Of a stretch of DNA of 58,499 nucleotides, positions 29,638-38,735 are shown piece after piece. Within the stretch, counting starts at the first letter, position 1; each line of letters begins with the position of its first letter. The position numbers and the translations under genes are program-made. The stretch covers positions 1-58,499 of IMG/VR virus record IMGVR_UViG_3300027777_000004; one strand, 5' to 3'. This DNA is from a virus. Its lineage: Duplodnaviria; Caudoviricetes. The notes under the pieces are model-generated. The model worked only from the letters and a program-made list of their open reading frames with translations, made no database searches and was not told the origin of the DNA.

Positions 29638-30653
29638 AGGATCGGGCAACAGCACAATTCGCAGCACCGCAGGACGCCCTCGAACAATACGAGAAGGGCT
29701 TCGTCGGGGCCTACGTTGACCCAGCGGCGACCCTCTCACTAGCCCAAGCCATTCGGGCCCGGGGCCAGAGCCATCTGGCTAGGCAGGCCATCAAAGAATA
29801 CGGCCTTGAGAACACTGGCGAGGGGAAGCTCAGTCTCCCCTACCTCGCAGCCACGACCCTTTACCCCGGCTGTCTGCCGGGACTGCCGCAGCTACGCGGC
29901 GACTGCGTGAGTTTCTCGACACGCACCACGGGACTTGTGTCCTATTGTGCAGCCCTCATGTACGGCGAGAACGATCCCCGGTATGTGGCCCCGGCCCTGT
30001 CCCCCATCGCTATTCAATCTAGCTGCTTCAGTACCGAAGCACTGTTTTTTTTCAGAGGCTATGACGGGGACGGGTGGAGCTGTGCCGCTGCTGCCGAGGT
30101 AGCGATCACCAAGTCGGGCCTAGTGCTGCGACAGAACTACCCTGACTTACGGCTAGACCTAACGGAATACAATCCGCAGACCGCTGGAAAGTGGGGCAGG
30201 GTGGCACCCCCTGCCGACGTTCAGCAGATGACCTCGCAGCATGTGTGCCAGAACGCCACCACTTGCCACTCATGGGAGGAAGTGCGGGACATGCTGGCCA
30301 ATGGCTATGCCGTTAGCACTTGCGGTGGCGAGGCATGGGTCAGTGAGCGCGACGATTGGGGCGTCTGCAAGAGGAGCAACAAGTCTTGGGCACACGCCAT
30401 CTCGGCCATCGCAGCGGACGACCGGCCCGAGACTCACCAGAAGTACGGGTGTGGCTTGATATGCCTCTGCAATTCTTGGGGCCCGTATCTCACTGGCCCT
30501 GACACTGTCCACGGCACGACTAAGAAGATACCGTCTGGTGCTTTCTGGACGCGGTGGTCGGACTGCCGCGATAGGTATTTCATCGCCATCGGTACTGGCG
30601 AGGGTTGGAAGGGAAACAAGTTGCCCGATTGGGGGCTAGGAGGAATCGTCTGA
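29634..30653 (+). CDS. Papain-like cysteine peptidase (C1-like)
   Basis: PQLRGDCVSF (oxyanion Gln, catalytic Cys), WAHAI (His), CNSWG (Asn). Confidence 0.8.
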   Translation: MKDRATAQFAAPQDALEQYEKGFVGAYVDPAATLSLAQAIRARGQSHLARQAIKEYGLENTGEGKLSLPYLAATTLYPGCLPGLPQLRGDCVSFSTRTTGLVSYCAALMYGENDPRYVAPALSPIAIQSSCFSTEALFFFRGYDGDGWSCAAAAEVAITKSGLVLRQNYPDLRLDLTEYNPQTAGKWGRVAPPADVQQMTSQHVCQNATTCHSWEEVRDMLANGYAVSTCGGEAWVSERDDWGVCKRSNKSWAHAISAIAADDRPETHQKYGCGLICLCNSWGPYLTGPDTVHGTTKKIPSGAFWTRWSDCRDRYFIAIGTGEGWKGNKLPDWGLGGIV

Positions 30654-30868
30654 TGAAGAAACTGATTGTTACTTTGGCCTTGGTGGTAGCAGCATGGCAG
30701 GTACAGATGGCTGTCGAAGCTGGAGTCTCCACCGTTTCGACGCGGCATCGCCGTCGCCTGCTACAGCCACGACCAGCACAGGCCGAGTCCCTTTGCCCGC
30801 CGGGAGCCAAGTCATGTCCAGCCGTACCGCCGAAGCCACCGCAGCCGACGACAAATCCAACCCGCTAG
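30653..30868 (+). CDS. Small secreted protein
   Basis: MKKLIVTLALVVAA signal-peptide-like start; AGGAGG RBS. Confidence 0.5.
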   Translation: MKKLIVTLALVVAAWQVQMAVEAGVSTVSTRHRRRLLQPRPAQAESLCPPGAKSCPAVPPKPPQPTTNPTR

Positions 30869-31095
30869 GCGGCGAGTTCCTCCTGCGGACGGCTGAGAGA
30901 TTCGGCGTCCCGGTGGTGCTGCTGATCCTGCTCCTTTGGTGGGCGCGCACTGATATTGTGCAGCCGCTTCTGAACGCCCATTTTGAAATGGTCGGCAAGA
31001 TAGTGGAGGGGCAGGAGACTCATACCAAGGGGCTGGATAGCCTAGGCCGCAAGCTGGATGAGCTTATCTCTGCCACCAAAAGCCTAAGCAGATGA
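30814..31095 (+). CDS. Single-TM protein with coiled-coil tail (holin-like)
   Basis: ERFGVPVVLLILLLWW transmembrane segment. Confidence 0.55.
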   Translation: MSSRTAEATAADDKSNPLGGEFLLRTAERFGVPVVLLILLLWWARTDIVQPLLNAHFEMVGKIVEGQETHTKGLDSLGRKLDELISATKSLSR

Positions 31096-31604
31096 CACGG
31101 CTCACCGCCGAACAGCAGCAGCTAGCAGAAGACGCAATCAGATATTGCGGGCCAGTGATAGCGCAATTCCTCAAGGTCAACGATGACCTAAAGAGAGCGG
31201 CCCGCAGGGTAGACCTAGCCAGCACTGCCATGTACGCGGTGTGCTTGGCGGCAACTACCTATGACGCAGAGAAGTCTAAGCCCTCTACGTATTTCAGTAT
31301 CGCCATTCGGCATGCACTGATACGGGCAGTGCTGCGGCAGCAGAAGCTCGACGGCAGATACATAGCAGTGGAGTCCCTGCTAGAGCCATCGCCCAACGTC
31401 CACCGCACACGGCAGGAGATGCGTGCGCTCAAGGCCCTCAAGAGTCTCTCGGCCTATGATAAGACGCTGCTCGAAGACCGGCTCATCGAAGCCGTTACCC
31501 TAGAACAACTGGGCCTAGAGCAACGACTTGATCCCCGCACCGTAGCCAAGAGGGTATCATCGGCCATCGACAAGCTACGCCGTGCGGAGGACAATCTCCC
31601 CTGA
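31092..31604 (+). CDS. Sigma-70-family RNA polymerase sigma factor
   Basis: Region 2 (DLASTAMYAVCLAATTYDAEKSKPSTYFSIAIRH) and region 4 HTH (LSAYDKTLL...TLEQLG...TVAKRVSSAIDKLR). Confidence 0.78.
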   Translation: MTRLTAEQQQLAEDAIRYCGPVIAQFLKVNDDLKRAARRVDLASTAMYAVCLAATTYDAEKSKPSTYFSIAIRHALIRAVLRQQKLDGRYIAVESLLEPSPNVHRTRQEMRALKALKSLSAYDKTLLEDRLIEAVTLEQLGLEQRLDPRTVAKRVSSAIDKLRRAEDNLP

Positions 31605-32363
31605 CTTCACGGCCTTGATGAACTGCTTGTAGTTGGGAATCTTCGGGTAGCCTGCCTGCCTAGCAAGCAACGCCCACTTCACTTGGCTGGGCGTTGGCAA
31701 GTCCCGCTTGCAGATGATCTCCTTCTGGTGGAATGTCCATAGAGATAGGTTGTCGAGGCTCATCCCTTTGTCCCGCTGATACTTCAGCAACTCCACCATC
31801 TCCCGCTCGGCCTTGTCTATCCGGTAATACTGGTTGGGCCTCTCGCCCCTCTTCTTCCAGCCAATCGGACAGCCATGGGAGTATGGCCTGCCCTGTGACT
31901 TGCGCAGGGCAATGGTTTCATTCGTCCGTTCGCGGGTGAACTCCCTCTCTAGTTCCGATACCGCCAGAAGTATCTGCTTAAAGAACTTGCCCAGCGCGGT
32001 GCTGGTATCTATTTGCAAGTCCATGCTGTGGAACACCACGCCCCGGGCACCGAACATATCCATGGTGCCGATGCCATCTTTGAGGGAACGGAATGCCCTG
32101 TCCAGCTTCGAGCAAACCACATGATCCCCGGGCTGGGCAAGAGCATACACCTGCCGCCCATACTCCCGTTCTGTGAAAGGCTTCTTACCAGATTGAGCCT
32201 TGTCATAGAACCAACCGCCCCACTGTACGCCCTTGTCCCGCAGGGTTCGCTCCCAATATCCATAGCAGCGATGTTCTTGTACCTCTTGGGTTAGCTCCTG
32301 CTTGGCAGTGGAATGCCGCCCATACCCATAACACACGGGGGGCCGACCATTAGGTGTCGCCAT
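31575..32363 (-). CDS. Serine recombinase (resolvase/invertase family) with C-terminal extension
   Basis: YGYGRHST (catalytic Ser), SG, PGD.VV.SKLDRAFR, DTSTALGK, ELEREFTRERT; GGAGG RBS. Confidence 0.92.
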   Translation of the reverse strand: MATPNGRPPVCYGYGRHSTAKQELTQEVQEHRCYGYWERTLRDKGVQWGGWFYDKAQSGKKPFTEREYGRQVYALAQPGDHVVCSKLDRAFRSLKDGIGTMDMFGARGVVFHSMDLQIDTSTALGKFFKQILLAVSELEREFTRERTNETIALRKSQGRPYSHGCPIGWKKRGERPNQYYRIDKAEREMVELLKYQRDKGMSLDNLSLWTFHQKEIICKRDLPTPSQVKWALLARQAGYPKIPNYKQFIKAVKSGEIVLRTA

Positions 32364-32790
32364 CAAAGCCACCATCCTCCCCGGTGTCATCGTCAAGCAG
32401 ATAGCCGCCGCCCTGCCGCGCATCCCAGATGCAGTTATGGATCGTATCGGCCCAAGCTATGTCAATGAACATACTCATAACACTCAGGGCGATAGTGCGC
32501 TCGACCACCCAATGCTCTTCCTCCCACTCGCCGTCGGCCATAGTCTCTAGGTCTAGGTAGACCTCCTTGCAGACCTCAACGAACTCCGCGTCTTTGTCTT
32601 GAGCGGCGACAGCCGCCCGAGTTTCTATAGACGCGGAGATATGAATAGGCTTCGCAGTTGGGTCAGCTTCACGCAGTGTTCCCAAGAACTCGAACGCCGT
32701 CTTGCCTGCCGATGCAGGTAGTTCATAGCCCCCATCTGTCTCAATGATGTCATTGAAAATCCCCACTAGAGCCGCGTCATACCATGCCAT
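32350..32790 (-). CDS. Hypothetical acidic protein
   Basis: GGAGG RBS; D/E-rich. Confidence 0.6.
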   Translation of the reverse strand: MAWYDAALVGIFNDIIETDGGYELPASAGKTAFEFLGTLREADPTAKPIHISASIETRAAVAAQDKDAEFVEVCKEVYLDLETMADGEWEEEHWVVERTIALSVMSMFIDIAWADTIHNCIWDARQGGGYLLDDDTGEDGGFDGDT

Positions 32791-32968
32791 CTTCAGCCTC
32801 CTTCGTCTGCTTAGAGGGGAACAACATATCCATCGCCTTCATGCGGGCTGGTATTACAACCATGTCATTGCATTCGCCGCAGCACCGACCGTCGTTGATA
32901 GGACGGGCATTATTCCCATACCCATAATACTGTTGCTTGCATATCGAACACTTCTGCATCTCCATCAT
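32777..32968 (-). CDS. Small Zn-finger-like phage protein
   Basis: CSIC...GYGNNARPINDGRCCGECNDMVVIPAR. Confidence 0.65.
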   Translation of the reverse strand: MMEMQKCSICKQQYYGYGNNARPINDGRCCGECNDMVVIPARMKAMDMLFPSKQTKEAEDGMV

Positions 32969-33486
32969 TCTCTCCCTTCGTTGTATTTGTTGAACTCAAT
33001 TCTCAACTGCTCTTTGATTACCAGCAACGATTGCATGGTGGATAAATCATTACTGCCATGAACGTACATGCTGGTAATCGCATCGTTCACCACCTTGGAT
33101 AGCACGGCAAAGGTGCAGCCTGCGTACCCATCGCCGGTATTTTTCAACACCAGTGTGTAGGTAACCGGATACGAAAACGGCACAGTGTCGGGCTTGGGTA
33201 CTCTCTGGTACTTCACCGCCGCTGGCCAATGAATGCCCTTGAGCCACGCCTTGAAGTCGGGAACCACATGCTGGGTGTAGCGGGGCGTATAGCCCTTCTT
33301 CTCCAGCTCCAACTCCATCAGCGCATGGGCATCTTCACCCTGCACATACATGAACTCGCCCCGCTTCGGTCGCGTAATGCCAATGCCGCACTCCGTGCAT
33401 ACGGTCATAGGTATCTCTACCCAACTACGCTCATCCTCTGTGCAAATCTGCCGCAGGTCTAGAACCTTCAGCTTCTTCTTCGCCAT
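32965..33486 (-). CDS. Hypothetical protein
   Basis: GGAGG RBS; coupling at both ends. Confidence 0.55.
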   Translation of the reverse strand: MAKKKLKVLDLRQICTEDERSWVEIPMTVCTECGIGITRPKRGEFMYVQGEDAHALMELELEKKGYTPRYTQHVVPDFKAWLKGIHWPAAVKYQRVPKPDTVPFSYPVTYTLVLKNTGDGYAGCTFAVLSKVVNDAITSMYVHGSNDLSTMQSLLVIKEQLRIEFNKYNEGRE

Positions 33487-33701
33487 CAGTCGTCCTCCCC
33501 TTTGGTAATGCCATGGGCGATAGACTTCGCCCATGACTCAATCTCAGAAACCCTACCTCGCACGACCCAACGCAGGTGTGCGTCATACTCATCCCAATCT
33601 TGGAATATGATGTTGGCGTACTGGCGCAGCCGGGGCGAATGCTCCACCCGATACTGCGCTCTCCACTCCACATCACTTGGGTCAATCTTCTTGCCCATCA
33701 C
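33486..33701 (-). CDS. Hypothetical protein
   Basis: Operon fit. Confidence 0.5.
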   Translation of the reverse strand: MMGKKIDPSDVEWRAQYRVEHSPRLRQYANIIFQDWDEYDAHLRWVVRGRVSEIESWAKSIAHGITKGEDD

Positions 33702-34338
33702 TCACCCTTTCTTGTTGGACTAGGTATCGGTCAATCTCGTCGATCACACTCACGACAATCGCTGGCTCTGTCTCTTTGGTCGCTTCACTGAGCCGCCTGA
33801 GAACGCTCATCAGAATCGCCCTGTCGGGATTCAAATACTCCACCCCATGGATAGGGGTATGGGCCAATGGCTGCGTCATATCTCGAATGGCCAGTAGGGC
33901 ATACGGATCATCAGGGTTCAGTGCCCGCTGCTTGGTATTCGGATGCCTATTCAAACAGTCGGCATCCATAATGCAACCCTGCTTGAACCCAAGCTGCAAC
34001 TCTATCCCCGCAGGCAAGCACCATAGGTGGTACTGGTTCGCCTCATCCACCACCCTGCCAGACCTGGGGTACAGCTCAATGGCTTCCCGATCCCGGCCCA
34101 CCAGCTCATCCTTGATACGTTGGAAGTGCCGCCAATCACGCACTGGCTCCCGGTTAGGGGTGCGGATTGACAGGTGAATCCAACCCTGCCCACCCTCTAC
34201 GTTATCCAGACGGGTGAGCAGCACAACGTAGTAGCTGTTCTTGCACAGCACTGTGGTGTTCCTCCCAGCCAAATGCACAGTAGGCTCACTCAACTCCCAT
34301 GTAGTCCACTGTTTACCCTTCGGACGTTTCGTACTCAT
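33682..34338 (-). CDS. Conserved phage protein (DUF7694-like)
   Basis: WIHLSIR...WRHFQRIKDELVG...AIELYP...VDEANQYHLW. Confidence 0.65.
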   Translation of the reverse strand: MSTKRPKGKQWTTWELSEPTVHLAGRNTTVLCKNSYYVVLLTRLDNVEGGQGWIHLSIRTPNREPVRDWRHFQRIKDELVGRDREAIELYPRSGRVVDEANQYHLWCLPAGIELQLGFKQGCIMDADCLNRHPNTKQRALNPDDPYALLAIRDMTQPLAHTPIHGVEYLNPDRAILMSVLRRLSEATKETEPAIVVSVIDEIDRYLVQQERVSDGQED

Positions 34339-34549
34339 CCTTCTCTGCCTCCTTCTCTGTCTCGACGCAGTGAATGGGAACGATCTCTACCTTGTAGCAA
34401 TCGCAATCAGCGGGGTGCGCGAAGTTCACCATCGCCTCCCGCATGGTCTTGGCAGTGACCATCATGGTGTGTGCCCCAGCCCATGGCCCGATAGCACCCC
34501 GTCGCAGCCGGTTCTGCTCCAGCCAGTATGTAATTAAAAACTGCTTCAT
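34313..34549 (-). CDS. Hypothetical protein
   Basis: ATGA coupling. Confidence 0.5.
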   Translation of the reverse strand: MKQFLITYWLEQNRLRRGAIGPWAGAHTMMVTAKTMREAMVNFAHPADCDCYKVEIVPIHCVETEKEAEKDEYETSEG

Positions 34550-34830
34550 TGCTGCCCTGTCCCTTCTGCCTTGTTGATTACGTTCACTGCTCTTTGCGTT
34601 GGCGAGTCGTTATCGGGAGTCGCGCCGCCCAAACAGCGGAGCATCACCATCTCAATCAACGTAGCCAGCAACTCGGGTGCTGCCGCTATGAGTCTGGCAT
34701 CAGCGTCCCCAATATGGCTGGCAACATGAACCCGCGAAGGGGCATCCCCCTCCTCCCTCGCCCACACTTGGGCCCCATCCTCTGCCCCCTCCTCATACAC
34801 CGTCCAGACACCGGGAGTAATGTCACTCAC
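34546..34830 (-). CDS. Small phage early protein (TPGxW...ARLIAAAPELL family)
   Basis: Family motif; GGAGG RBS before GTG. Confidence 0.65.
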   Translation of the reverse strand: MSDITPGVWTVYEEGAEDGAQVWAREEGDAPSRVHVASHIGDADARLIAAAPELLATLIEMVMLRCLGGATPDNDSPTQRAVNVINKAEGTGQQ

Positions 34831-35152
34831 TGGCCACCTCCTCCTCATCCTCATCCTCCTTCTGATCCTCCTCCCAAGTCTCACACCAATCGGCAACCCT
34901 GCGAGACTGCATGCAGGTATAGCTGGTTTCAGTCTCCGTGGGGTCGCCGTCCTGCTCGACATCGCCATCCTCGCAAGAGCCATTATCGTCGATCATGTCG
35001 TGCAGAAAACCATCGCAGTGACAGTCAGTGGCCATGTCAAGGGCCATCTGGTCAGCAGTCTCTTGGTCACGCGCCTCGAAATCGAACTCGACTTCGTGGA
35101 TGCGAGTGACATAGAACTTCACTCTGTAATTCTTCTTCTCACTCGCACTCAT
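34823..35152 (-). CDS. Hypothetical highly acidic protein
   Basis: GAGG RBS; D/E-rich. Confidence 0.55.
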   Translation of the reverse strand: MSASEKKNYRVKFYVTRIHEVEFDFEARDQETADQMALDMATDCHCDGFLHDMIDDNGSCEDGDVEQDGDPTETETSYTCMQSRRVADWCETWEEDQKEDEDEEEVASE

Positions 35153-35462
35153 CTTCGTCCTCTTCGGGGTTAGGGGTGGTGGTATCGTCCTCTTCGTTCT
35201 CTTCCTCGACTTGGTTGTCGGGATCGTCGTACTCCGACAGGAACCACTGCACATCAACCAGCATGCAGTAGGCTTGCTTGAGGCAGTCCTCCTTCTCCTG
35301 CTGCTCCTCAGTCACGCCAGCGATAGGGGTGGTCAACACAATCTTGGGACTCAGCTCCCGAAACGGTGCTATCGTTCTGCGCAGTCTGGCAATGAGAGTC
35401 TCCGTTCGCAGGGCATGGAACATCAGCCCGTTGCTGGGCTTGGGTGTAGTGGACATCGTCAT
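35139..35462 (-). CDS. Hypothetical protein with acidic tail
   Basis: ATGA coupling. Confidence 0.5.
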   Translation of the reverse strand: MTMSTTPKPSNGLMFHALRTETLIARLRRTIAPFRELSPKIVLTTPIAGVTEEQQEKEDCLKQAYCMLVDVQWFLSEYDDPDNQVEEENEEDDTTTPNPEEDEDECE

Positions 35463-35743
35463 TCATCTTCTTTCTTGGTGACGTAGCTACGCCAGTTGTA
35501 GGAAATACCTCGGGCTCCACAGACTGTGACCTCTTTCTTCTTCACTAAATTCTTGACCATCTGAGCAATGAAGTTCAGGCTAGTCCAACCAAACGCCTTG
35601 GCTATCTGACGATAGGACGGCTGGACCCCCGTCTTATCTATCGACATGGCCACCATGACAAGCAGCTCATGCTCACGGGGCGTAAGCCCCTTGGGCGGGG
35701 CGGGCATTGCTGCCCTGCCCCGCCGCCCGGGTTTAGCTTTCAT
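35459..35743 (-). CDS. LexA-like winged-HTH DNA-binding domain protein (no peptidase domain)
   Basis: LTPREHELL...GVQPSYRQIAKAFGWTSLN..AQMVKNLVKK matches the LexA N-terminal pattern. Confidence 0.75.
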   Translation of the reverse strand: MKAKPGRRGRAAMPAPPKGLTPREHELLVMVAMSIDKTGVQPSYRQIAKAFGWTSLNFIAQMVKNLVKKKEVTVCGARGISYNWRSYVTKKEDE

Positions 35744-36141
35744 GCACCCGCCTTTGCCACCTGCGCCGTTTCATTGGCAGCAGCAGTCTTGGTGGGCATC
35801 CGCTTGTGGCAGACCTGCGACACGGCACCGCCGGTGCATTTAACACCCATACGCCGTGCGATGATCCGCCACTTGAGCCCTGTCCCCCGCATTTGCAGAG
35901 CGGCGAGGAGCATATCGTCAGTCCACTTGAGCTGACGATGGCGGCGAGTGCGGCGAGTGACAGTGACCGGCTTGTCGGGAGTCACCCGAATAACCTGCAC
36001 ACCGCCCCGACGCACAGTGCCAGCAGGCTTGTGTGCTACCGCTTTGGGCATTGCAGCAGACAGCTCGAACCCCTGCCGCAGCAGTCGGGTCATTGCCATC
36101 AACTCGGCGGTATCAATCTCTTTATAGATTACGAACTTCAT
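35740..36141 (-). CDS. Basic HTH-like protein
   Basis: WTDDMLLAALQMRGTGLKWRIIARRMGV. Confidence 0.55.
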   Translation of the reverse strand: MKFVIYKEIDTAELMAMTRLLRQGFELSAAMPKAVAHKPAGTVRRGGVQVIRVTPDKPVTVTRRTRRHRQLKWTDDMLLAALQMRGTGLKWRIIARRMGVKCTGGAVSQVCHKRMPTKTAAANETAQVAKAGA

Positions 36142-36206
36142 CACTAGCCTTTCTGGCCATAGGAATAACAATCAACCACGGGGGGTGTCGGACAACCCGA
36201 CACACT

Positions 36207-36234
36207 ACCCCTCGCCCCCGCCCCTTCGGGGCAG
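36207..36234 (-). promoter_or_regulatory. Hairpin + G-rich element, copy A
   Basis: Sense strand CTGCCCCGAAGGGGCGGGGGCGAGGGGT, intergenic, followed by a stem-loop. Confidence 0.7.
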
Positions 36235-36245
36235 GGAATGTCGAA

Positions 36246-37241
36246 TCAACTCACGAACAAAGTGTCTGCCATCGACGCAAGGGTGGGGAGCTGAACGTAA
36301 ACGGCCGTGATCTGCTGACAGTGAACCGCCCAGAACGGCGGGCATGTGGACACACTCATCAAAGTGTCGCCGCGTCGCAGATACAAGGCCAGCGTCGTGT
36401 CATACTGCCCCATCAAGTCACCGAAGTCGATTGGCTGGGCGAAAGCCCATGTGGCAAACTGACAGCGCAGTTGATGGAGTCGAGCATAGGCAGTGCGAAT
36501 GCTATACATATGCTCATCCAGACAAGCCGGTCGGTCGGGTAGCTGCCGCACTGTGTTCAACAGTAACGACCATGAGATGCTATCGACGTACTCTACGTCG
36601 CGTTTGCCGCCACGGCTGGTGTATGTCTTCATGAAGGGCTGGGCATTCTTGCTGTTACCCCTCTGGTAAATCACTGTGCTGGGCAAGTACGCCGCCAGTT
36701 TCTTGAGCATGCACTGTATCTCAGACGGCTTAGGCTTTACGATCACGCCGCATCTTGCAGCTCTCTGAATGTCCTTGAAGGCAATGCGATAGTGCGTGGA
36801 ACTTTCACCGTCGCATGTAGTTAGCCCACTGAGATATTGGGGGTCGGTGCCGCTGTGGTTCGTGCGAGCCCCAAGCGTTTTGCTGTGCCGAAGGTCAATG
36901 TCATCGATGCCCTCATACTTTAGGCTCGAATGCGGACTACGGGGACAGCCCAGCGCAGCAGTGACATAGCACAACTGATTGAGGGCATGCCCGTAATCGA
37001 AGAGCTGATACCGCAGGTAGGCGGCGTTTGCTAGGGCCCAATAAAGCCGACGCATATGCACCGACAGGCCAGAGTCAATAGCGCGGGCATTCACGCAGTG
37101 ACGGGCCAGCATGTCATGCAAGAGAGTCCCGGGGAAATGACCATCAATGCTGCCCTCGGGAGCGGCACAACGCAACTGCGCATATGCGTAGTCAGCGTTG
37201 GCCTTCTCGAAGGGGGTGAGGTCGAAACAATTACCAGCCAT
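36246..37241 (-). CDS. Hypothetical protein
   Basis: 331-aa ORF, GGGAG RBS. Confidence 0.65.
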   Translation of the reverse strand: MAGNCFDLTPFEKANADYAYAQLRCAAPEGSIDGHFPGTLLHDMLARHCVNARAIDSGLSVHMRRLYWALANAAYLRYQLFDYGHALNQLCYVTAALGCPRSPHSSLKYEGIDDIDLRHSKTLGARTNHSGTDPQYLSGLTTCDGESSTHYRIAFKDIQRAARCGVIVKPKPSEIQCMLKKLAAYLPSTVIYQRGNSKNAQPFMKTYTSRGGKRDVEYVDSISWSLLLNTVRQLPDRPACLDEHMYSIRTAYARLHQLRCQFATWAFAQPIDFGDLMGQYDTTLALYLRRGDTLMSVSTCPPFWAVHCQQITAVYVQLPTLASMADTLFVS

Positions 37242-37307
37242 ATCTACTTACTCCCGTTGATAAAAAGGTGGAACACAATTACGGCACAGACAAGGGCGAA
37301 CATGGAG

Positions 37308-38735
37308 TCAGCCTGCATAGCCGCCTCCATTCCGGTACAGATGGACAACCTTGGCCCATGGTGGTGTGGGATAGCCCTTGCATTCCTCAGTAAGTGCGAT
37401 GATGACCCTCGCCCTCGGCTTGGCACACCATCCCGTTTCACCATCGGTCAGCACGACAATCGCATCGGGCCGATCCTCTTTGTCCACCGTCGTTACTGCC
37501 AGACCCATGTCAGTACCGCCGCCGCCCTGCCAGACAAAGTTCTTGAGGCTTTGAACCTCCTTGCGGGCCTGCATTCTGGCATCGAAGCAGGTTACTTTCG
37601 GACGCTGCACCTGCCGTAATCCTGCGGCTAGTGCAACAAGTGCCCGCTGAATGTTGTCACCGCTGGACATGCTGCCAGAAGTGTCAACGATGATCGAACA
37701 CTGAGGGGATACCCTTGTCACGCCCCGTTTACGGGGGCCATCGGGGTCTTGCCGACGAGACAGCTTCTTATAGGTCAGCTCATCCGTTCCGATGGGGCTG
37801 GCAACAGACCTCGCAGCAAACGTCCTGAGTTGCTGAAAGGGGTCAGGCTGGGGACGAAGACGGGCAGCGATAGCTGCCGCCAACGTACCTGCCCCTCTGC
37901 CGGGAGTAGATTGAATGGCCTTCTCAATCTCCTCCAACTGCTGCACCTGACGAGCAATGTCGCCCATCTTGCACGGCTTCTCCCATGGTTTGGGCACACC
38001 GTCAGACGCACTGCCCTCCATGTCGGGGTCATTGTTCGGCCCCTTGGAATCGTTGTCTGGCTGGTCATCACCACTGCCAGTGCCGCCGCCAGACTTCTTC
38101 TTCTTTTGGGGCCCAGGCTGGCCATCATCTCCCGTACCATCAGACCCACCATCGTCGCCGTCGTCTCCGTCCTCCCCCTCTTGCTCATCCTCTGCCTCGG
38201 GGGCCTTCTTCTTGCGGAAGTAGGGGGCAAGCAGCCCGACATAGGCTTCCGTTGTCAAGCCGGAACGCACCATTGGGATGTCCGCAAACGGGCACTCGAA
38301 GTCTGGCAGATGGCTAGACAGTTGGAGTGCATCGTCAGGGAGTGTGGTGTCACGGGCCAGCAGTTGATTAACTGCTAGGTCTGCGGCAATGTTCCACAGT
38401 TTGCACTGGTCTTCAGTGGGCATGCCACCCATCCAATCCTCTCGCCGCTTGGCATGAGAGAGGGCCAGATGGTAGACCTCATGAATCATGATCGCAGCCA
38501 AGTCAGCTTTGGAGCGGGTGCTACACCGCTCTTCGTTGACATAGAGCCTGCCCACCTTGTCCACGGCCATGACCGGGACTTCGGCAGTTATGATTACGGG
38601 CATACCAACAAGCGTCCGGTAGAAGTAGGGGCAGATTGCCCCTGCCAACTTGCGGGCAGCATAGAGCTTCTTACGAATGTCACTGATGGGCTTTCGCCCC
38701 TTGGGAATCGGAAGGATCGAAGTCATGGGTATCAA
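37308..38735 (-). CDS. Metallopeptidase-like (HExxH) + VWA domain protein (DUF2201-like)
   Basis: IHEVYH, WNIAADLAVN, acidic linker, VDTSGSMS, GGGTD, VLTDGE (MIDAS). Confidence 0.85.
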   Translation of the reverse strand: MIPMTSILPIPKGRKPISDIRKKLYAARKLAGAICPYFYRTLVGMPVIITAEVPVMAVDKVGRLYVNEERCSTRSKADLAAIMIHEVYHLALSHAKRREDWMGGMPTEDQCKLWNIAADLAVNQLLARDTTLPDDALQLSSHLPDFECPFADIPMVRSGLTTEAYVGLLAPYFRKKKAPEAEDEQEGEDGDDGDDGGSDGTGDDGQPGPQKKKKSGGGTGSGDDQPDNDSKGPNNDPDMEGSASDGVPKPWEKPCKMGDIARQVQQLEEIEKAIQSTPGRGAGTLAAAIAARLRPQPDPFQQLRTFAARSVASPIGTDELTYKKLSRRQDPDGPRKRGVTRVSPQCSIIVDTSGSMSSGDNIQRALVALAAGLRQVQRPKVTCFDARMQARKEVQSLKNFVWQGGGGTDMGLAVTTVDKEDRPDAIVVLTDGETGWCAKPRARVIIALTEECKGYPTPPWAKVVHLYRNGGGYAG

